A stretch of DNA of 64,000 nucleotides from Octopus vulgaris. Its lineage: Eukaryota. The notes under the pieces were generated by a model that had not been told where the DNA came from, ran no database searches, and saw only the letters and a program-made list of their open reading frames with translations. The stretch is from contig OX597816.1 in NCBI GenBank assembly GCA_951406725.2, positions 67,704,001 to 67,768,000 of the forward strand, read 5' to 3'. Positions 14,197 through 28,372 of the stretch are shown here, piece after piece. How positions within the stretch are numbered: position 1 is the stretch's first letter; the number at the start of each line of letters is the position of its first letter. The position numbers and the translations under genes are program-made.

Positions 14197-14475
14197 GCCG
14201 CTGCTGCCATTTAATTTCATCATTGCTATTACACTGTTCAATATACCTGACTTCCCTAATTAACTATCCCTAACTATGATCTATTTTACTATAATTACCA
14301 GTTCAACTCTCGCTTAATTCTTTCATTTCTGTAACTACCCTTCGCCTTCCTCTACTCTATTTCACCATCATAACCAACATGCATATATGTATTTGCACGA
14401 TTCAACAGCTTCTGAAATACGTAACGAACAAACACTTTGATGAAACAACGGTGGCTATGTTGTAAGAGTATAAAT

Positions 14476-14511
<36 letters not shown>

Positions 14512-14782
14512 TGAATACATCTATATATGTGGATATATATGTGTACGTACAGATGCACACACAGGCACAAACACACACACACAGGCACAAACACACACAC
14601 ACACTCGCACACACATACACAAACATCTAATGTAGAGTGTGACGAAGGCTACCAGACCGAAACGTCGAAGCCACTGTCAACATTTGAAACCAATATATGC
14701 TTACACACATACGCACATGCGCGTAAACAGACACAGACACACATACAGAAATAGATGTATGAATGTATGCATGTGTGTGTGT

Positions 14783-14822
<40 letters not shown>

Positions 14823-15217
14823 ACTGTTTTTCTCTATCAGTAAAGGGGAAATGTTTCTAAGTATGCGCTGGATAGTGGATACTTCCTACCGATGACACGC
14901 AAATACGCAGAAATCCCGGATCTAGCAAATACACTGCCACTGCTGGATGCTTTCGTCTGCGACTGATAGGTTTTTTTTCTTAGCACTAAACGTCTATAGG
15001 AAACACTTTCTCAAAACGAATGCTGCAGTGTTGTGGCTTTCTTACAGCATGTCCACATCATGCATAAGATATGCAGAACGATATATATAAAATTTCCTCT
15101 TTACTGAAACAGTGACACACACACACACACACATTCATACATCTATTTCTGTGTGTGTCTGTGTGTGAGTGTGTGTATGTGTTTGCGTGCGTGTGCATGT
15201 GTGTGTAAGCATATATT

Positions 15218-15421
15218 GGTTTCAAATAATTCAAGGCCAGCAATTTTCGGGGGTGAGGGCGCTAAGTCAATTACATCTACCCCGGTACTCAGCTGGTACT
15301 TATTTTATCGAAAGGCAAAGTCGACCTCAGTGGAACTTGAACGCAGAACGTGAAGGCGGACGAAAGGCCGCTAAGCATTTTGCTCGGCATAGTAACGAAG
15401 CTACCAGCCCGCTGCCGCAAT
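15218..15421 (-). mobile_element. SINE family B with 16-bp target-site duplication
   Basis: tgtgtaagcatatatt at 15202-15217 and 15422-15437. Confidence 0.75.
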
Positions 15422-15456
15422 TGTGTAAGCATATATTAATATACGTACATATATAC

Positions 15457-15670
15457 ATTAATAGTTATCGCCAAGCTAACGTGGCAGTCCAGCAAAATAG
15501 GACGAGTGCTGCCGTTGATTATCTCCAAGAAACCATCGCCTCTAGCTAGCTATGTGACACACGAACCTGGAGACAGTCATATTTTCCTGGACTGCCATGT
15601 TAGATTGGTGATAACAATTAATATTCAGTACCGTTGCCATTGTCTCCTTTAGAGAGATTTAGAAATATTA
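15457..15670. mobile_element. Hairpin/foldback repeat, internally deleted copy of 29928-30190
   Basis: attaatagttatcgccaagctaacgtggcagtccag...ctggactgccatgttagattggtgataac, plus the shared tail cagtaccg..gcc..gtctcctttagagaga. Confidence 0.75.
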
Positions 15671-15679
15671 ATATATATT

Positions 15680-16070
15680 ACTCTTTTACTTGTTTCAGCC
15701 ATTTGACTGTGGCCATGCTGGAGCACCGCCTTTAGTCGAGCAAATTGACCCCAGGACTTATTCTTTGTAAGCCTAGTACTTATTCTATCGGTCTCTCCCC
15801 TCCGAACCGTTAAGTTACGGGGACGTAAACACACCGGCATCGGTTGTCAAGCGATGTTGGGGGACAAACAGACACACGCACATACACACATTTATATACA
15901 TATATACAACGAGCTTCTTTCAGTTTCCGTCTACCAAATCCACTCACAAGGTTTTGGTCGGCCCGAGGCTATAGTAGATGATACTAGCTCAAGGTGCCAT
16001 GCAGTGGGACTGAACCCGGAACCATGTGGTTCGTGAGCAAGCTACTTACCACACAGCGACTCCTACGCCT
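15680..16070 (-). mobile_element. SINE family A
   Basis: Reverse complement of family A. Confidence 0.85.
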
Positions 16071-16566
16071 ATTTATATACATACATACATGCATACATAC
16101 ATACATACATACATACATACATCATACATACATACATACGTACGTACGTACGTACGTATGTATGTATGTATGTATGCATGTATGTATGTATGTATGTATA
16201 ATGCTTTTGAGATTTTTGTGCTAATTAATTTATTAGTAGACTTTACCAACGTTTACATCGTTATTGGGTCGAACCAAAGCACGCCATGTATGTCCTAGTT
16301 TATGTATATTATGAACACTTTTGTAAGGCGAAAAGGAATGAAAACGAGCTTTCATCACTGCTGATGAAGCGGTAAATAAACGCAGAAGCTGGTTGCTCTT
16401 TGGCTTTCTTGTTTCATAGTTATACAGATAAAAACAAATGGATTAGCTACAGTTGCTACTGTTTTTACAGTGAGACTAAAATGTGTTTACTAAAGTCACA
16501 CACCCGTCAGTCAACCAGTCTGCTACATTCCAGACTGGTGCACTCGGTGCCACCGATGAGGAAATT

Positions 16567-16647
<81 letters not shown>

Positions 16648-17348
16648 CATGGCGGGGTGGAGTGCAGATTCACTGTAGGGGATGACCTTGGTACCACAGT
16701 ACAAATTTAAGTTAATTGTAATCCCTATTTCGATGTTTTTATGTATGTAGATGTATATCTGTAATATGATATGTGGAAGTCTGAACGGCTGCGGGTTGTT
16801 TTTCTTTCTTTTTTTCCTATTTTTTTTCCTTGTTTGTTTTCGTGCGAATGAAAGAGCATTAACGTGGTTGCCTGACCTACTAAACATAACGGCCAAATAT
16901 TTTTTGAATTACATCACACTGCCTCGAATAGGAGTCACAAATTGGATAATATAGTTCTAGATACACAAATCTCAAGAAAAAGGTTGGTTAGCCATGGATG
17001 GAATTCCATTGATTATAAGTCTCTCAGATCAGGATTGACTGGGGCTAAACAACAGCGCAAAATGCTTTGAGGATATTTAAAAACATTTTACGTCTCCATC
17101 TTTATTACCAATTCATAGTAAGGACTTCGCACTTAGGAATAAAATCTTCGGAAAATAAATTTCAAAGGTTTTACGCTTGGAGATAAGGCAGAGTCGTTAG
17201 AGCATTTGAATGAGTACTTTGCGGATTTTATTCCTATTCTCTGCTGTTTTGAGTTCAAATCCTATTGTGGTCAACTTTGACTTTATTCTTTGTACATCCT
17301 TATGCGCAGGCATGCCTGTGTGGTTTAGAAGTTTGTTTTGCATAAGTA

Positions 17349-17383
<35 letters not shown>

Positions 17384-17988
17384 AATTTCCTCGTCGGTGG
17401 CACCGAGTGCACCAGTTTTCCAGCACGTGGATTTGGTTTCAGTTCCACTGCGCGACACCTTAGGTAAGTGTCTCCTGCTATAGCCCCAGAGAAGACTGGT
17501 CTTGTACTATAGTCGCCCTAGGTCCTGCACTAACTACGTTCCAGAGGGCCAATGTTCTTGGAGAGGAAGGACTAATCATTATGCTCAGTCCTTTCTCTCC
17601 CAAAACATCGATCCCTCTAGAATTTCTTCCCGGTTCATGACTTTCGTGCTAATGTTGACTTGCAATAATTTAAACTGTGGAAAGACATAGCCATGTGGTT
17701 AAGGAGCTCGCCTTGCGCGGCACCTTGAGCAAGTGTCTCCTTCTATAGCGCCAGCTTGACCAATGCCTTCTGAGTGTGGAAGCCAGTCGTCTGACACACT
17801 TACTCACGCACACACATACACACACGCACTCACACACACACACATACATACACGCACTCTCTCTCTCACACACACACATACAGGGTGGGCCAAAGGTGAC
17901 GCACAAAATAAGTTCATGCTTCAGTTTTTCTATAATTAAATAATATATATATAATAATACTGAAAACAAACGTACGTGATAATCAAAA

Positions 17989-18034
<46 letters not shown>

Positions 18035-18035
<1 letters not shown>

Positions 18036-18250
18036 TCCTACTGAAGGCACGAGGCCTGAAATTTTGCTTGGGGGTGGGGAGACAAGTCGATTAAATCAAC
18101 TCCAGTACTCTACTCGTACTTAATTTATCGACCCCGAGGATGAAAGGAAAAGTCGACCTCGGCGGGATTTGAACTCAAAACGTAGCAACGGGCGAAATAC
18201 CGCTAAGCATTTCGTCCAGCGTACGAACGATTCTGCCAGCTCATCGCTTT
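18035..18250 (-). mobile_element. SINE family B within (AAT)n
   Basis: Reverse complement of family B, flanked by (aat)n on both sides. Confidence 0.8.
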
Positions 18251-18259
18251 AATAATAAC

Positions 18260-18315
<56 letters not shown>

Positions 18316-18824
18316 AGCCCTAAGGCTGTTACCGTGCTGGAGCATCGCCAGTGTAATCACCATTTTAATGACCAATTCTATGTGAATGGCTTTTGATTAG
18401 GGCTTCTGGTGTTCTTCATTTAATCATCTCTTAACTGAATTTAGTCCATAGACTTGCTTGGAAATGATGGGAAAATCGACTACTGTATATGTGGATCAAA
18501 TATATTATAGAACCATTTCCTTCAACTTCCAGAAATATTAGGATGTGAAGAATGGAGTTTCAATATAAGAATTTATCTTTTAGTTCATCTCTGAAGTTTT
18601 CTATCTGCATTTATCATTGTTTTCTAAATCAGACGCAGTTAATATAATTCCAAATGCTTTGGTGCGTGACTTTTGGTCAACTCTATATTTCTATAATTGC
18701 ATGTCGACATTTATCTTGTAATATAAATACAGAAACAAAGTCTCGAAATATCTTCAAAACGTTCCATTAGTCTAATTATAGTCCATTCCCTCATCAGATG
18801 AAGTTATTCTCGAGGATATGACAT

Positions 18825-18880
<56 letters not shown>

Positions 18881-19227
18881 GCACACACACACACACATCT
18901 TCGCGCGCACACGCACGCACGCACACGCACGCACGCACACGCACGCACGCACACGCACGCACGCACACGCACGCACGCACACGCACGCACGCACACGCAC
19001 GCACGCACACACACACACATCTTCGCGCGCACATATACGCGCGCACAAACAAACAAACAAATACGCTCTTATTTCTCTCTGTTAAACGACCAACAGCTAA
19101 ATAGCCTATCCTCCTATCTCTCTTTCACGCCTCTTTATTGTCAACCCTTTATCTCACAAGCCCCCCCCCTCTGTCTACATCTCTCTCTCTCTCTCTCACT
19201 CACTCCCTCTCTCTCTCTCTAAATGTA

Positions 19228-19268
<41 letters not shown>

Positions 19269-19339
19269 TATATACACACATGTATATACACATGTATATA
19301 CACATACATATATATACACACACATATATATACATATAC

Positions 19340-19387
<48 letters not shown>

Positions 19388-20507
19388 GCACACATCTATA
19401 AACATATTTATCTATCTATATTATACTAAAACTCAGTTTGCCTGTCAGTTTCCCTGCCATTTGATTAAGATGATAAAGATTACAAATAAAATAATAATTT
19501 CCCGTTTTAAGAAAAAAAAATCAAGTTGAAAATGTCAATTTGCGGCAGCGACACTTCAAAGAGCCGCTACAGCTTCCGCCGTCCGTCCATTTTTTCTTAC
19601 TTTGTTTTTTCTTCCTTTAATCATTTATACAACTTTCGTAGTGCCGTGTCTTGAACGATAAAAAATTCTTCCTATATTTTTATGATATATATTCTTTAAT
19701 AAGAATTCATAAGAATATTTTCCCCAGATGTCACCAAACAGGCCTGGTTCGAACCTTCCGACATCCGAAGCCAAAAAGATCAGAGAAAGGGAGAGGTATG
19801 AACTAAACCGAGAAAGACGTCTGAATAGAAAAAAGAGAGCGATTATGACTTGTTTAATTAATTACTTAAGTATTTAAACTGTTCCCCTCATCCCAACTTA
19901 TTCATTCTTTTCACCATCACACTCACCAAGACTGCCTCTGCGAGCCAATATGAGAGTCTCTCCTTCCGTGGTTCTTCAGTTCACAAATACCAGCCCACCA
20001 CCACCACATCACCATCGACACCACCATAATCACCACCACCACCACCACTATCACAACCACACCACTATCATCACCACCACCATCATCATTACCACCACCA
20101 CTAACATCCCTACCATCACCATCAACACCACCACCACCATCATCACCACCAAAAAAAAAAAAATAGTGAAATTACTTTCTCTATCGTTTTGTGATGGGGA
20201 AAGGGTAGTCCCCGTATCCTGTACAGAGTTTCCGAAACTAGAAGGACGGGAGAGACAAAGAAATGGAGAGAGGGATATCTTCAAACCTGGTCCGCATGCT
20301 TGCAACAGAGTGCATCCCGCTGAAGGCACTCGAAGTGATTGGTGGTGATGTTAAACTGAGCGACGAATTGAATCTATCATCCCGTGTGGCCAGTTGTGGT
20401 TAGATTTGAACGCAGAGCGCAAAGAGCCGGAACGAGTACTGCGAAGCAACCGGTCCAGCGTTCTTACGGTTTCGGCAAACCACCCCTTTGGAGTGGTATT
20501 TCACGCG

Positions 20508-20566
<59 letters not shown>

Positions 20567-20651
20567 ACACACACACACACACACAAAAGGTACGTACACA
20601 GACACACGAACGAACGAACGAACGCACACTCTCACACGTCCGATACACACA

Positions 20652-20700
<49 letters not shown>

Positions 20701-21026
20701 TGTGAGTGAGAAAGTGTGTGTGTGTGAGAGAGAGAGAGAGGGTGAGAGAGAGAGAGATTTAACATATATAAACACAAATTGAACGGCAGATAGAAAGAGC
20801 GTATGTGTTTATGCATGTGTGCGTGTGTATGTATGTCATTATTCAGTTTATTTCAAGATTTCTTGCCAATGGAGAAAGAACCGGTTTCTAATCTAGATCC
20901 AAGGTTCCTTCATTGGAATTTCAACATCAACAACAGGGTATTTTCGTTTGTATGTATGTATGTATGTATGTGCATATTTGTATGTTTGATGTATGTATTC
21001 TCATGTATGTATGTATTCACATGTAT

Positions 21027-21563
21027 GTGAAGATCCTTAACATCAGCTGGGAAGACAGAAGAACTAACGTCAGCGTGCTACAAGAAGCAAAAATGACCAG
21101 CATCGAGCCTATGTCATCAAAGGCCAACTAAGATGGAGCGGCCACGTGGTTAGAATGACTGACGAACGACTTCCCAAACAGATCTTCTACTCCCAACTCA
21201 AAGACGGCAAGCGTACAAAAGGAGGCCAGAAGAAACGCTACAAGGACTCCCTGAAAACGAACCTCAAAAAGTGTGACATCGACTTCACTAACTGGGAGGA
21301 AACGGCAAAAAAACAGACCACTCTGGAAAACCACCATCCATGAAGGAACGGCGACTTTCGAGTCGAAAAGGTCTGCAGAGCTGGAGGAGAAAAGACGACG
21401 ACGGAAGGAGCGCCAACAACAACCACGTACAACTCTCCCTTCGGGCACTAGATGTCCGCACTGCGACCGATCTTTTCAAGCATGAATTGGTCTTATCGGT
21501 CACCTACGGACTCACCAGTAAATTTGCGCGAAGACCATCATCCTCGACCTTGAGGGATTGCCA
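21027..21563 (+). mobile_element. 5'-truncated RTE-clade LINE, 3' end with C2H2-like finger
   Basis: Translation ILNISWEDRRTNVSVL...LRWSGHVVRMTDERLPKQIFYSQLKDGKRTKGGQKKRYKDSLK...CPHCDRSF..IGLIGHLRTH with frameshifts; candidate 10-bp TSD tcacatgtat at 21017-21026 and 21564-21573. Confidence 0.9.
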
Positions 21564-22488
21564 TCACATGTATTCTCATGTATGTATGTATGTATGTATG
21601 TATGTATGTATGTATGTATGTATGTATGTATGTATGTATGTATGTATGTATGTATGTATGTGCATATTTGTATGTTTGATGTATGTATTCTCATGTATGT
21701 ATGTATGTATGTATGTATGTATGTATGTATGTATGTATGTATGTATGTATGTATGTATGTATGTATGTATGAACTTAAACGGCAGGAGGACTTAAACGAC
21801 ATGCAAAGGTACATGAAGCCCAGTTACAACTACAGCCGGCTATTACCGGTAAAGGTTTTAGTTGCCAATTCTGTACAAGACATTGTAGATCTTTAGCTGG
21901 GCTAAAAAGTCACTTTCGATCACAGCACCAGTAACAGTTAAGCTTCGTGCAATGGCCATACTCGATAACGAAGGGGTAGCCATAATAATGTATGTATGTA
22001 TGTATGTATGTATGTATGTATGTATGTATGTATGTATGTATGTATGTATGTATGTATATATGTATGTATGTACGTCTTTGTCTCGTATGTATGTCTTTGT
22101 CTATGGTTAGTATTCGTGTGTGTTTGGCAATAAATGCTAATAAAATAGACAATTTCAGTCAGTGGTGAGAGCTACTGGTGTTAATGACATCTTAAGTGAC
22201 TACTTGATTATCTGCTGAACAGCTCATTAGAACAACCGTATCATCAAGATATGCCGCTCCACCCCCTACATACATACATACATACATACATACATACATA
22301 CATACATACATACATACATACATAAGTGTGTATGTATTTACTCTGCAACGGAAGACAACTTTAATAATAAACTAATGTTTCTACTGAAGAAATGCGTCTT
22401 TTATATAAATTCACGTTGCAGCTGTTTGCAGGAGTGCTGCCCGAGGTAAACGCCTGGATTATCTGACCCCTTCTCACTTACTGTGATT

Positions 22489-22890
22489 TAGAAGTTTGCT
22501 TTCCGACCATATAGTCTTGGGTTCGGTCCTGATGCGAGGCTGATTGGGCAGGTATATTCTGCTGCAGTCCCAGGTCGACCAAAGTCTTGTGAGTGAATTT
22601 ATTTGGTAGAAAGAAACTGTGTGGTGCCAGCCGTATGTATGTGTGAGTGAGTGTTTGAGTCTGTTTTTGTGTATGTGTGTGTGTGTTTGTTCCCTCCTCC
22701 ATCACTGCTTGACAAATGGTGCCGGTGTCCCCGTAACTTAACCGTTCGGCAAAAGAGACCGACAGAATAAGTACTAGGTTTTAAAAAAGAAGCCCTGGGG
22801 ACGATTTGTTCGATTAAAACCTTTCAAGGCGGTGCTCCAGCATGGCCGCAGTCAAATGACTGAAAGAAGTCAAAGAATAAAAGAATGAAA
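22489..22890 (+). mobile_element. SINE family A, diverged
   Basis: Core and 3' tail of family A. Confidence 0.75.
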
Positions 22891-22950
<60 letters not shown>

Positions 22951-23031
22951 AAGGATAATATCGATATTTAAATATCGATATTATCAAGTGGCCAGCATGG
23001 GAAAAATACCATACAAAGGTAATAATTTTTT

Positions 23032-23108
23032 TACAACTAAAAATAAGGGTGTCTGAGATTTCTGCTATTTCGGCATGGTGGTGTCTCTCAGACAGCCTTA
23101 TTTTTAGT

Positions 23109-23112
<4 letters not shown>
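23032..23112. repeat. About 80-bp hairpin between (TA)n tracts
   Basis: tacaactaaaaataagg.tgtctgaga ... tctcagaca.ccttatttttagttgta. Confidence 0.8.
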
Positions 23113-23184
<72 letters not shown>

Positions 23185-23186
23185 TG

Positions 23187-23276
<90 letters not shown>

Positions 23277-23278
23277 TG

Positions 23279-23310
<32 letters not shown>

Positions 23311-23316
23311 TGTATG

Positions 23317-23356
<40 letters not shown>

Positions 23357-23357
23357 A

Positions 23358-23392
<35 letters not shown>

Positions 23393-23484
23393 AATATATA
23401 TATATGTATATATGTATGTATGTATGTATGTATGTGTATATATATATATATAAATATATATATGTATATATGTATGTATGTATG

Positions 23485-23538
<54 letters not shown>

Positions 23539-23760
23539 GAATTCCAACCACGTTTCGTGGTTCTCTACCTCAACAGCTCTTGTATAGGATCCAGTGACTA
23601 AAAACATAATCAGAAGGAACCATGTTCGGTTTCGGCCCTTACTCCTCAACCATTTTCGACATGACGGCCCCCACTCCTTTCGGATTATTCTCAAGCTCTG
23701 GTTTGAGTGCGTTTCTTCTTTCTCCGTTTTTATTCTTTGGCCTTTTGTTCATTAGTTTAT

Positions 23761-23814
<54 letters not shown>

Positions 23815-25981
23815 TAGGGAAAGTTTACGAAAAAAACAAAAGACGAAGACAGGTGGTGTACAAAACAAACAGATGTATTAGTATAACGCTCAGGAATAGA
23901 AAAAGTCTTTCTCGTTTCGAGCCTACGCTCTTCTACAGAAAGGGACACAGAAAAAACAAGGAGAGAAACGGCCTGTCCTCGTTGTCGAGGATATTTGCAA
24001 GATATGCATAAATATTCGTTGTTGTTGACGTTTCCAACTTTCATGAAGGCAGCTTGTCATGTTTGAGATGAATCTTTAGTCACAGAGACGACACTGAAGT
24101 TTCGAAGTCGACCTGTACTCTTCCCTTCTGGCTTTCCGACAGTTTATGTTGTATCTAATGCATTAAATACTTCTAGATTAATACGCGTTGAAATAATTCA
24201 CTCAATCACACGCAAGTAGACACTAACACAGAAGCAGATACTCACACACGCTTTTAATTCTCTTCATGTAAGCAAGATATAAAGATAGAGCGGATCGGAA
24301 GAGGAGACAGAATGGGGCGGAGAGAGAAAGAGAAAGGTGCGGGAATGTGTGTGTGCGTGAGTGTGTGTACATGTCTGTATAGGGTGCCCCTTGTGTATGT
24401 GTGAATTAATGTCTCTTTTCTACTTTAAAAATGACAAATGATCTGATTACGAATGATTCATATATTGTAGAAAAACACACTTATACGCATATATATACAT
24501 GCATAGATACATGCATATATACATACGTATACACACGCATACATATATACATACACACACACATACATACATACGTACACACACACATGCACATACACAT
24601 ACAGTTGGTCTTAAGAATATTTTCAGTTGATATAGGAATGGAATCTGGCCAAAAGAATTCTTTATATTTGATAAGTTGCTTGAAACCTGAGACTTTTCTT
24701 CTTCCTCGCGACAGACCAATTTATTCCACAATTAAGCTGTTTAAAAACATTTCTTTACATCAATGGTTTCCCTCGTTTCGCTCGAGGAGAACTACAATGG
24801 CCTTGGCAATAACGAAAATACTTCACACAAAGATGCTCTGAATACATATAAATCGAACAGAGAGCCAGTAATTATCCTATTATATCAAGACAAGGGCCAC
24901 CGTGTTAGATTTAGCAGAGTAGAACAAGACTACATTCGTGTCCTAGGATACAAGAAGTCGTGATCCTCCTCAAAATTTAAGGGTGTTGAGCTTTATTTTC
25001 TTATTAGGATGAGGTTCAGCAGTCTCAGGGACTCCTCCTTGGCCATCCAGGTCTCGAAACTATGTACCGGAATGAAACCTCATCCACATGTGGGCCTTGG
25101 TTATGACAATATCCCACGGTGCATTTTTACTTCTAGGACCGCTACCAACATTAGGAATGTTCGTCTAATTTAAAGAGGATATACATGCTGTTGATATAAA
25201 AGCTGCAAGAGCCTAACACTGACTGGAAGCTTCTACAGATACAATAATATCAACTGACTTTTGTACTGAAGGTTGTACTTAAACCACACCACCAAAATGC
25301 GACTTAATATGGCGATTATGTCGTCTATAAGAGGAAAATATTACGCAGACATAGCTTTATGGTTAAGAAGTTCGCCTCGCAACCACTTGGTTCCTAGTTC
25401 AGTTCCTCCGTACAGCACCTTAGACAAGTGTCTTTTACTATAATCCCGGGCCGACCAACGACTTGTGAGTGAATTCGGTCGATGAAATCTATGTTGAAGC
25501 CTGTTATTAGTGGGTGGGTGTTTGTACCCACACCGCCTAATAACTAATGTTGCTTTCTTTATGCCCCTATTACCGAGCGGTTTGCCCCAAGAGATCCAAA
25601 GAATAAGTACCATAATTAAAAAGTGCCGGGGTCCATTTGTTCGATTAAACCCTTCAAAATGGTGCCATAGTGTGGTTAGGGCTGGTGCTAGGAAATGCAG
25701 GACCCAATTAGAGAATTGCCAGTGTAGCCCTCTACTTTACGAAAGCTGAAGGTTGATGGTTTATGCTTTGTGTACTACTCCATAGAGATATACTAAAAAT
25801 TCATCAAAGGGTCCTCCGCTCGGACCCTCTCTTGGCGCGGGGTCCAATTTGAACAAATTTGTCTGATTGGCTTAAAACCGTCCTTCAGTGTAGTCACAGT
25901 TCAGTCACTGAAACAAATAAAAGTGATTAAGAATGTTATTAGCAGCTTCCCAAAATATCGTTAAGATACCGATTTTTGACT

Positions 25982-26230
25982 TTGCCTTTGTCTGTCCTTG
26001 TTTGTCCTCTATGTGTTTAGCCCCTTGTGGGTAGTAAAGAAATAGGCATTTCGTCTGCCGTTACGTTCTGAGTTCAAATTCCGCCGAGGTCGACTTCGCT
26101 TTTCATCCTTTCGGGGTCGATGAATTACGTACCAGTTACGCACTGAGGTCGATGTTATTTGGCTTAATCCTTTTGTCTGTGTTTTTTTGTCACCTCTATG
26201 TTTAGCCCCTTGTAGGCAATAAAGAAATAA
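25982..26230 (+). mobile_element. SINE family B, tail-body-tail concatemer fragment
   Basis: Family B tail joined to body through aagaaataggcatttcgtctg. Confidence 0.8.
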
Positions 26231-26234
26231 GGAA

Positions 26235-26340
26235 ACAGGCAGATCTCCATACAGCTGTTTCTTGATAGGATGAGTTCTCCAAGATATGTTTAAGACTGCA
26301 TTCAACATTTAGATGTAAGTTCAATCTAGCATGGATTCTA
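26235..26340 (-). mobile_element. RTE-like LINE fragment
   Basis: MLNAVLNISWRTHPIKKQLYGDLP resembles the RTE post-RT motif LR..LNISW..H.TN..LYG.LP. Confidence 0.6.
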
Positions 26341-26607
26341 GGTTTTTGCTAAGCGTTCAGCCTGTAGCTCCATATAAAAGGACTGATTTTATCGTTGCGC
26401 GGAAGAAAAGGTTCCTTTTTAGGTTGTCTGACAGGGTACTTATACATTCAAAATACATATGTATATGTCGATTATATCAAATACAAGCGAAAAATATTAC
26501 ATATGATCAATATTTCTCAACCAAATGTAATTAAGGTACTAACCTACCAATATGGTATAATGTCGTGTCGCTAAAACAAAATACAATACCATCCTTAGAA
26601 TACGTAA

Positions 26608-26641
<34 letters not shown>

Positions 26642-27019
26642 TGTTAAGAACGAATATGTTTCAACACGAGGAATATTGATGGAACATTACTATCAAAACT
26701 TCCGTTAAATGCAAAGGCAACACATTTGAAATAGCTATTTGAGATAGAGAAAGGAAAAAAAAAAAATATATATACACATGTACTGCTACAGATGTCAGCA
26801 GCCCTGCGGATGTGACCATTTTCAAAACCAGTGAGAAACCAACAGCTTCTTTACGCCGCTCATATATTTATATTTATACTCAAAATCTTTTGTCTATTTA
26901 GTTATGGTACTATGTATGTATGTATGTATGTGTATGTATGTATGTATGTATGTATGTATGTATGTATGTATGTATGTATGTATGTATGCATGCATGCATG
27001 CATGCATGCATACATACAT

Positions 27020-27050
<31 letters not shown>

Positions 27051-27099
27051 TACATACATACATACATACATACATACATACATACATACATACACATCT

Positions 27100-27760
27100 G
27101 TACAAGGAATATTCGTGGAGCATTCCCATCAAAAATTCTATCGAGTGCAAACATAAGAGGCCGGATATCGTTGTCAGGGTAAGACAAGAGGTCAGCTACC
27201 CTACGGATGTGAATATCTGTTAGAAAATCAAAGAGAAAGAGGGTAACCACGGTCAATTACTTTGAAACATTCAGCTTCTATACCCAGATTATCTCTCTAT
27301 ATATAAACAGCAGTTTGTCTGTCTGTGTGGCTGTCAGGTTGTACCCTCACCCTGACTACGGCTTTCAACCGATTCTGATGAAACTTGACACACACATATC
27401 CCAATGTCATAATTCAAAACTAACGCAGCGAAAATTTTGAAAAGTTCCCCCAGTTCTGAAAAAAATCGATATATTCGACATGGGGTCGAGAATCTAAGCT
27501 TTTTATATGCAACACATTTTCTGTCGGGAGACAGCTAGGAACATCGTATACATAGAAGTATTCAAGTGAAAAGAAGACATTGCAACCTACACATGCACCT
27601 TCGTTCCCTAGAGGGAAATAACTAGATTGGGATTAGTCGTTGCCTACTAGGGGCTCTTACATACCCGGGCAACGCCGGGCTATGCTGCTAGTAACTTCAT
27701 ATTTGTAACAATAATAATTGATACACTTGGCTTTGTGAGTAAATGTCTAAGAAAACCAAC
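27100..27760 (+). mobile_element. Decayed REL-endonuclease LINE fragment split by a Helitron
   Basis: IECKHKRPDIVV..EVSYPTDVNI; removing 27292-27691 restores QLLYPDYNFIFVTIIIDTLGFVSKCL. Confidence 0.7.
27292..27691 (+). mobile_element. Non-autonomous Helitron
   Basis: A|TC 5' end (tctctctatatataaa), 3' hairpin cccgggcaacgccggg, CTAG|T end, no TSD. Confidence 0.88.
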
Positions 27761-28070
27761 TAACTTGCACATTACAAATACAACCTGAAAGCGGAGCAAT
27801 AAAAATACGCAAGTCTTAAGATGGGGCTGTGTGACATTGCTTTTGTTGTCCACATAGCAACGACGAAAAAAACCCAGCTCTTAAAGGAAGACTTCAACTA
27901 ATTAAAATCTAGATGACTCACATACATATTCATACAGACGATGATTCGTATACATATTCATACACATTCATAGAGACGATGATAGCACAAAAATTTATAA
28001 GACCTTAAAATTTAGAGGATGAAAGATTACGCAAAATATCATACACGCGCACACACACACACACACGTCA

Positions 28071-28145
<75 letters not shown>

Positions 28146-28333
28146 GTATATACATGCGTATATGCTACTGTTTGCCGTTACGTGATGTTAACCATCTTGT
28201 AACATAAAGTTAATTGATCATTCATTTTATTTTAATCAAAAAACGTTAGCACGCCGGGTAAAAAATCCTTAGCGGTATTTTGCCCATCGCTACGTCCTGA
28301 GTTCAAATTCCGCCGAAGTTGACAGATTAAGTA

Positions 28334-28372
<39 letters not shown>

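Noticed and set aside
17395-17415. ggcaccgagtgcacc resembling the tracrRNA/sgRNA 3' hairpin
   Set aside because: Short coincidental match in eukaryotic DNA; no CRISPR array or cas genes in the window.
24600-24960. Possible LINE RT remnant (LRIFSVDIGMESG)
   Set aside because: Only one short motif is recognisable; too decayed to delimit as a feature.
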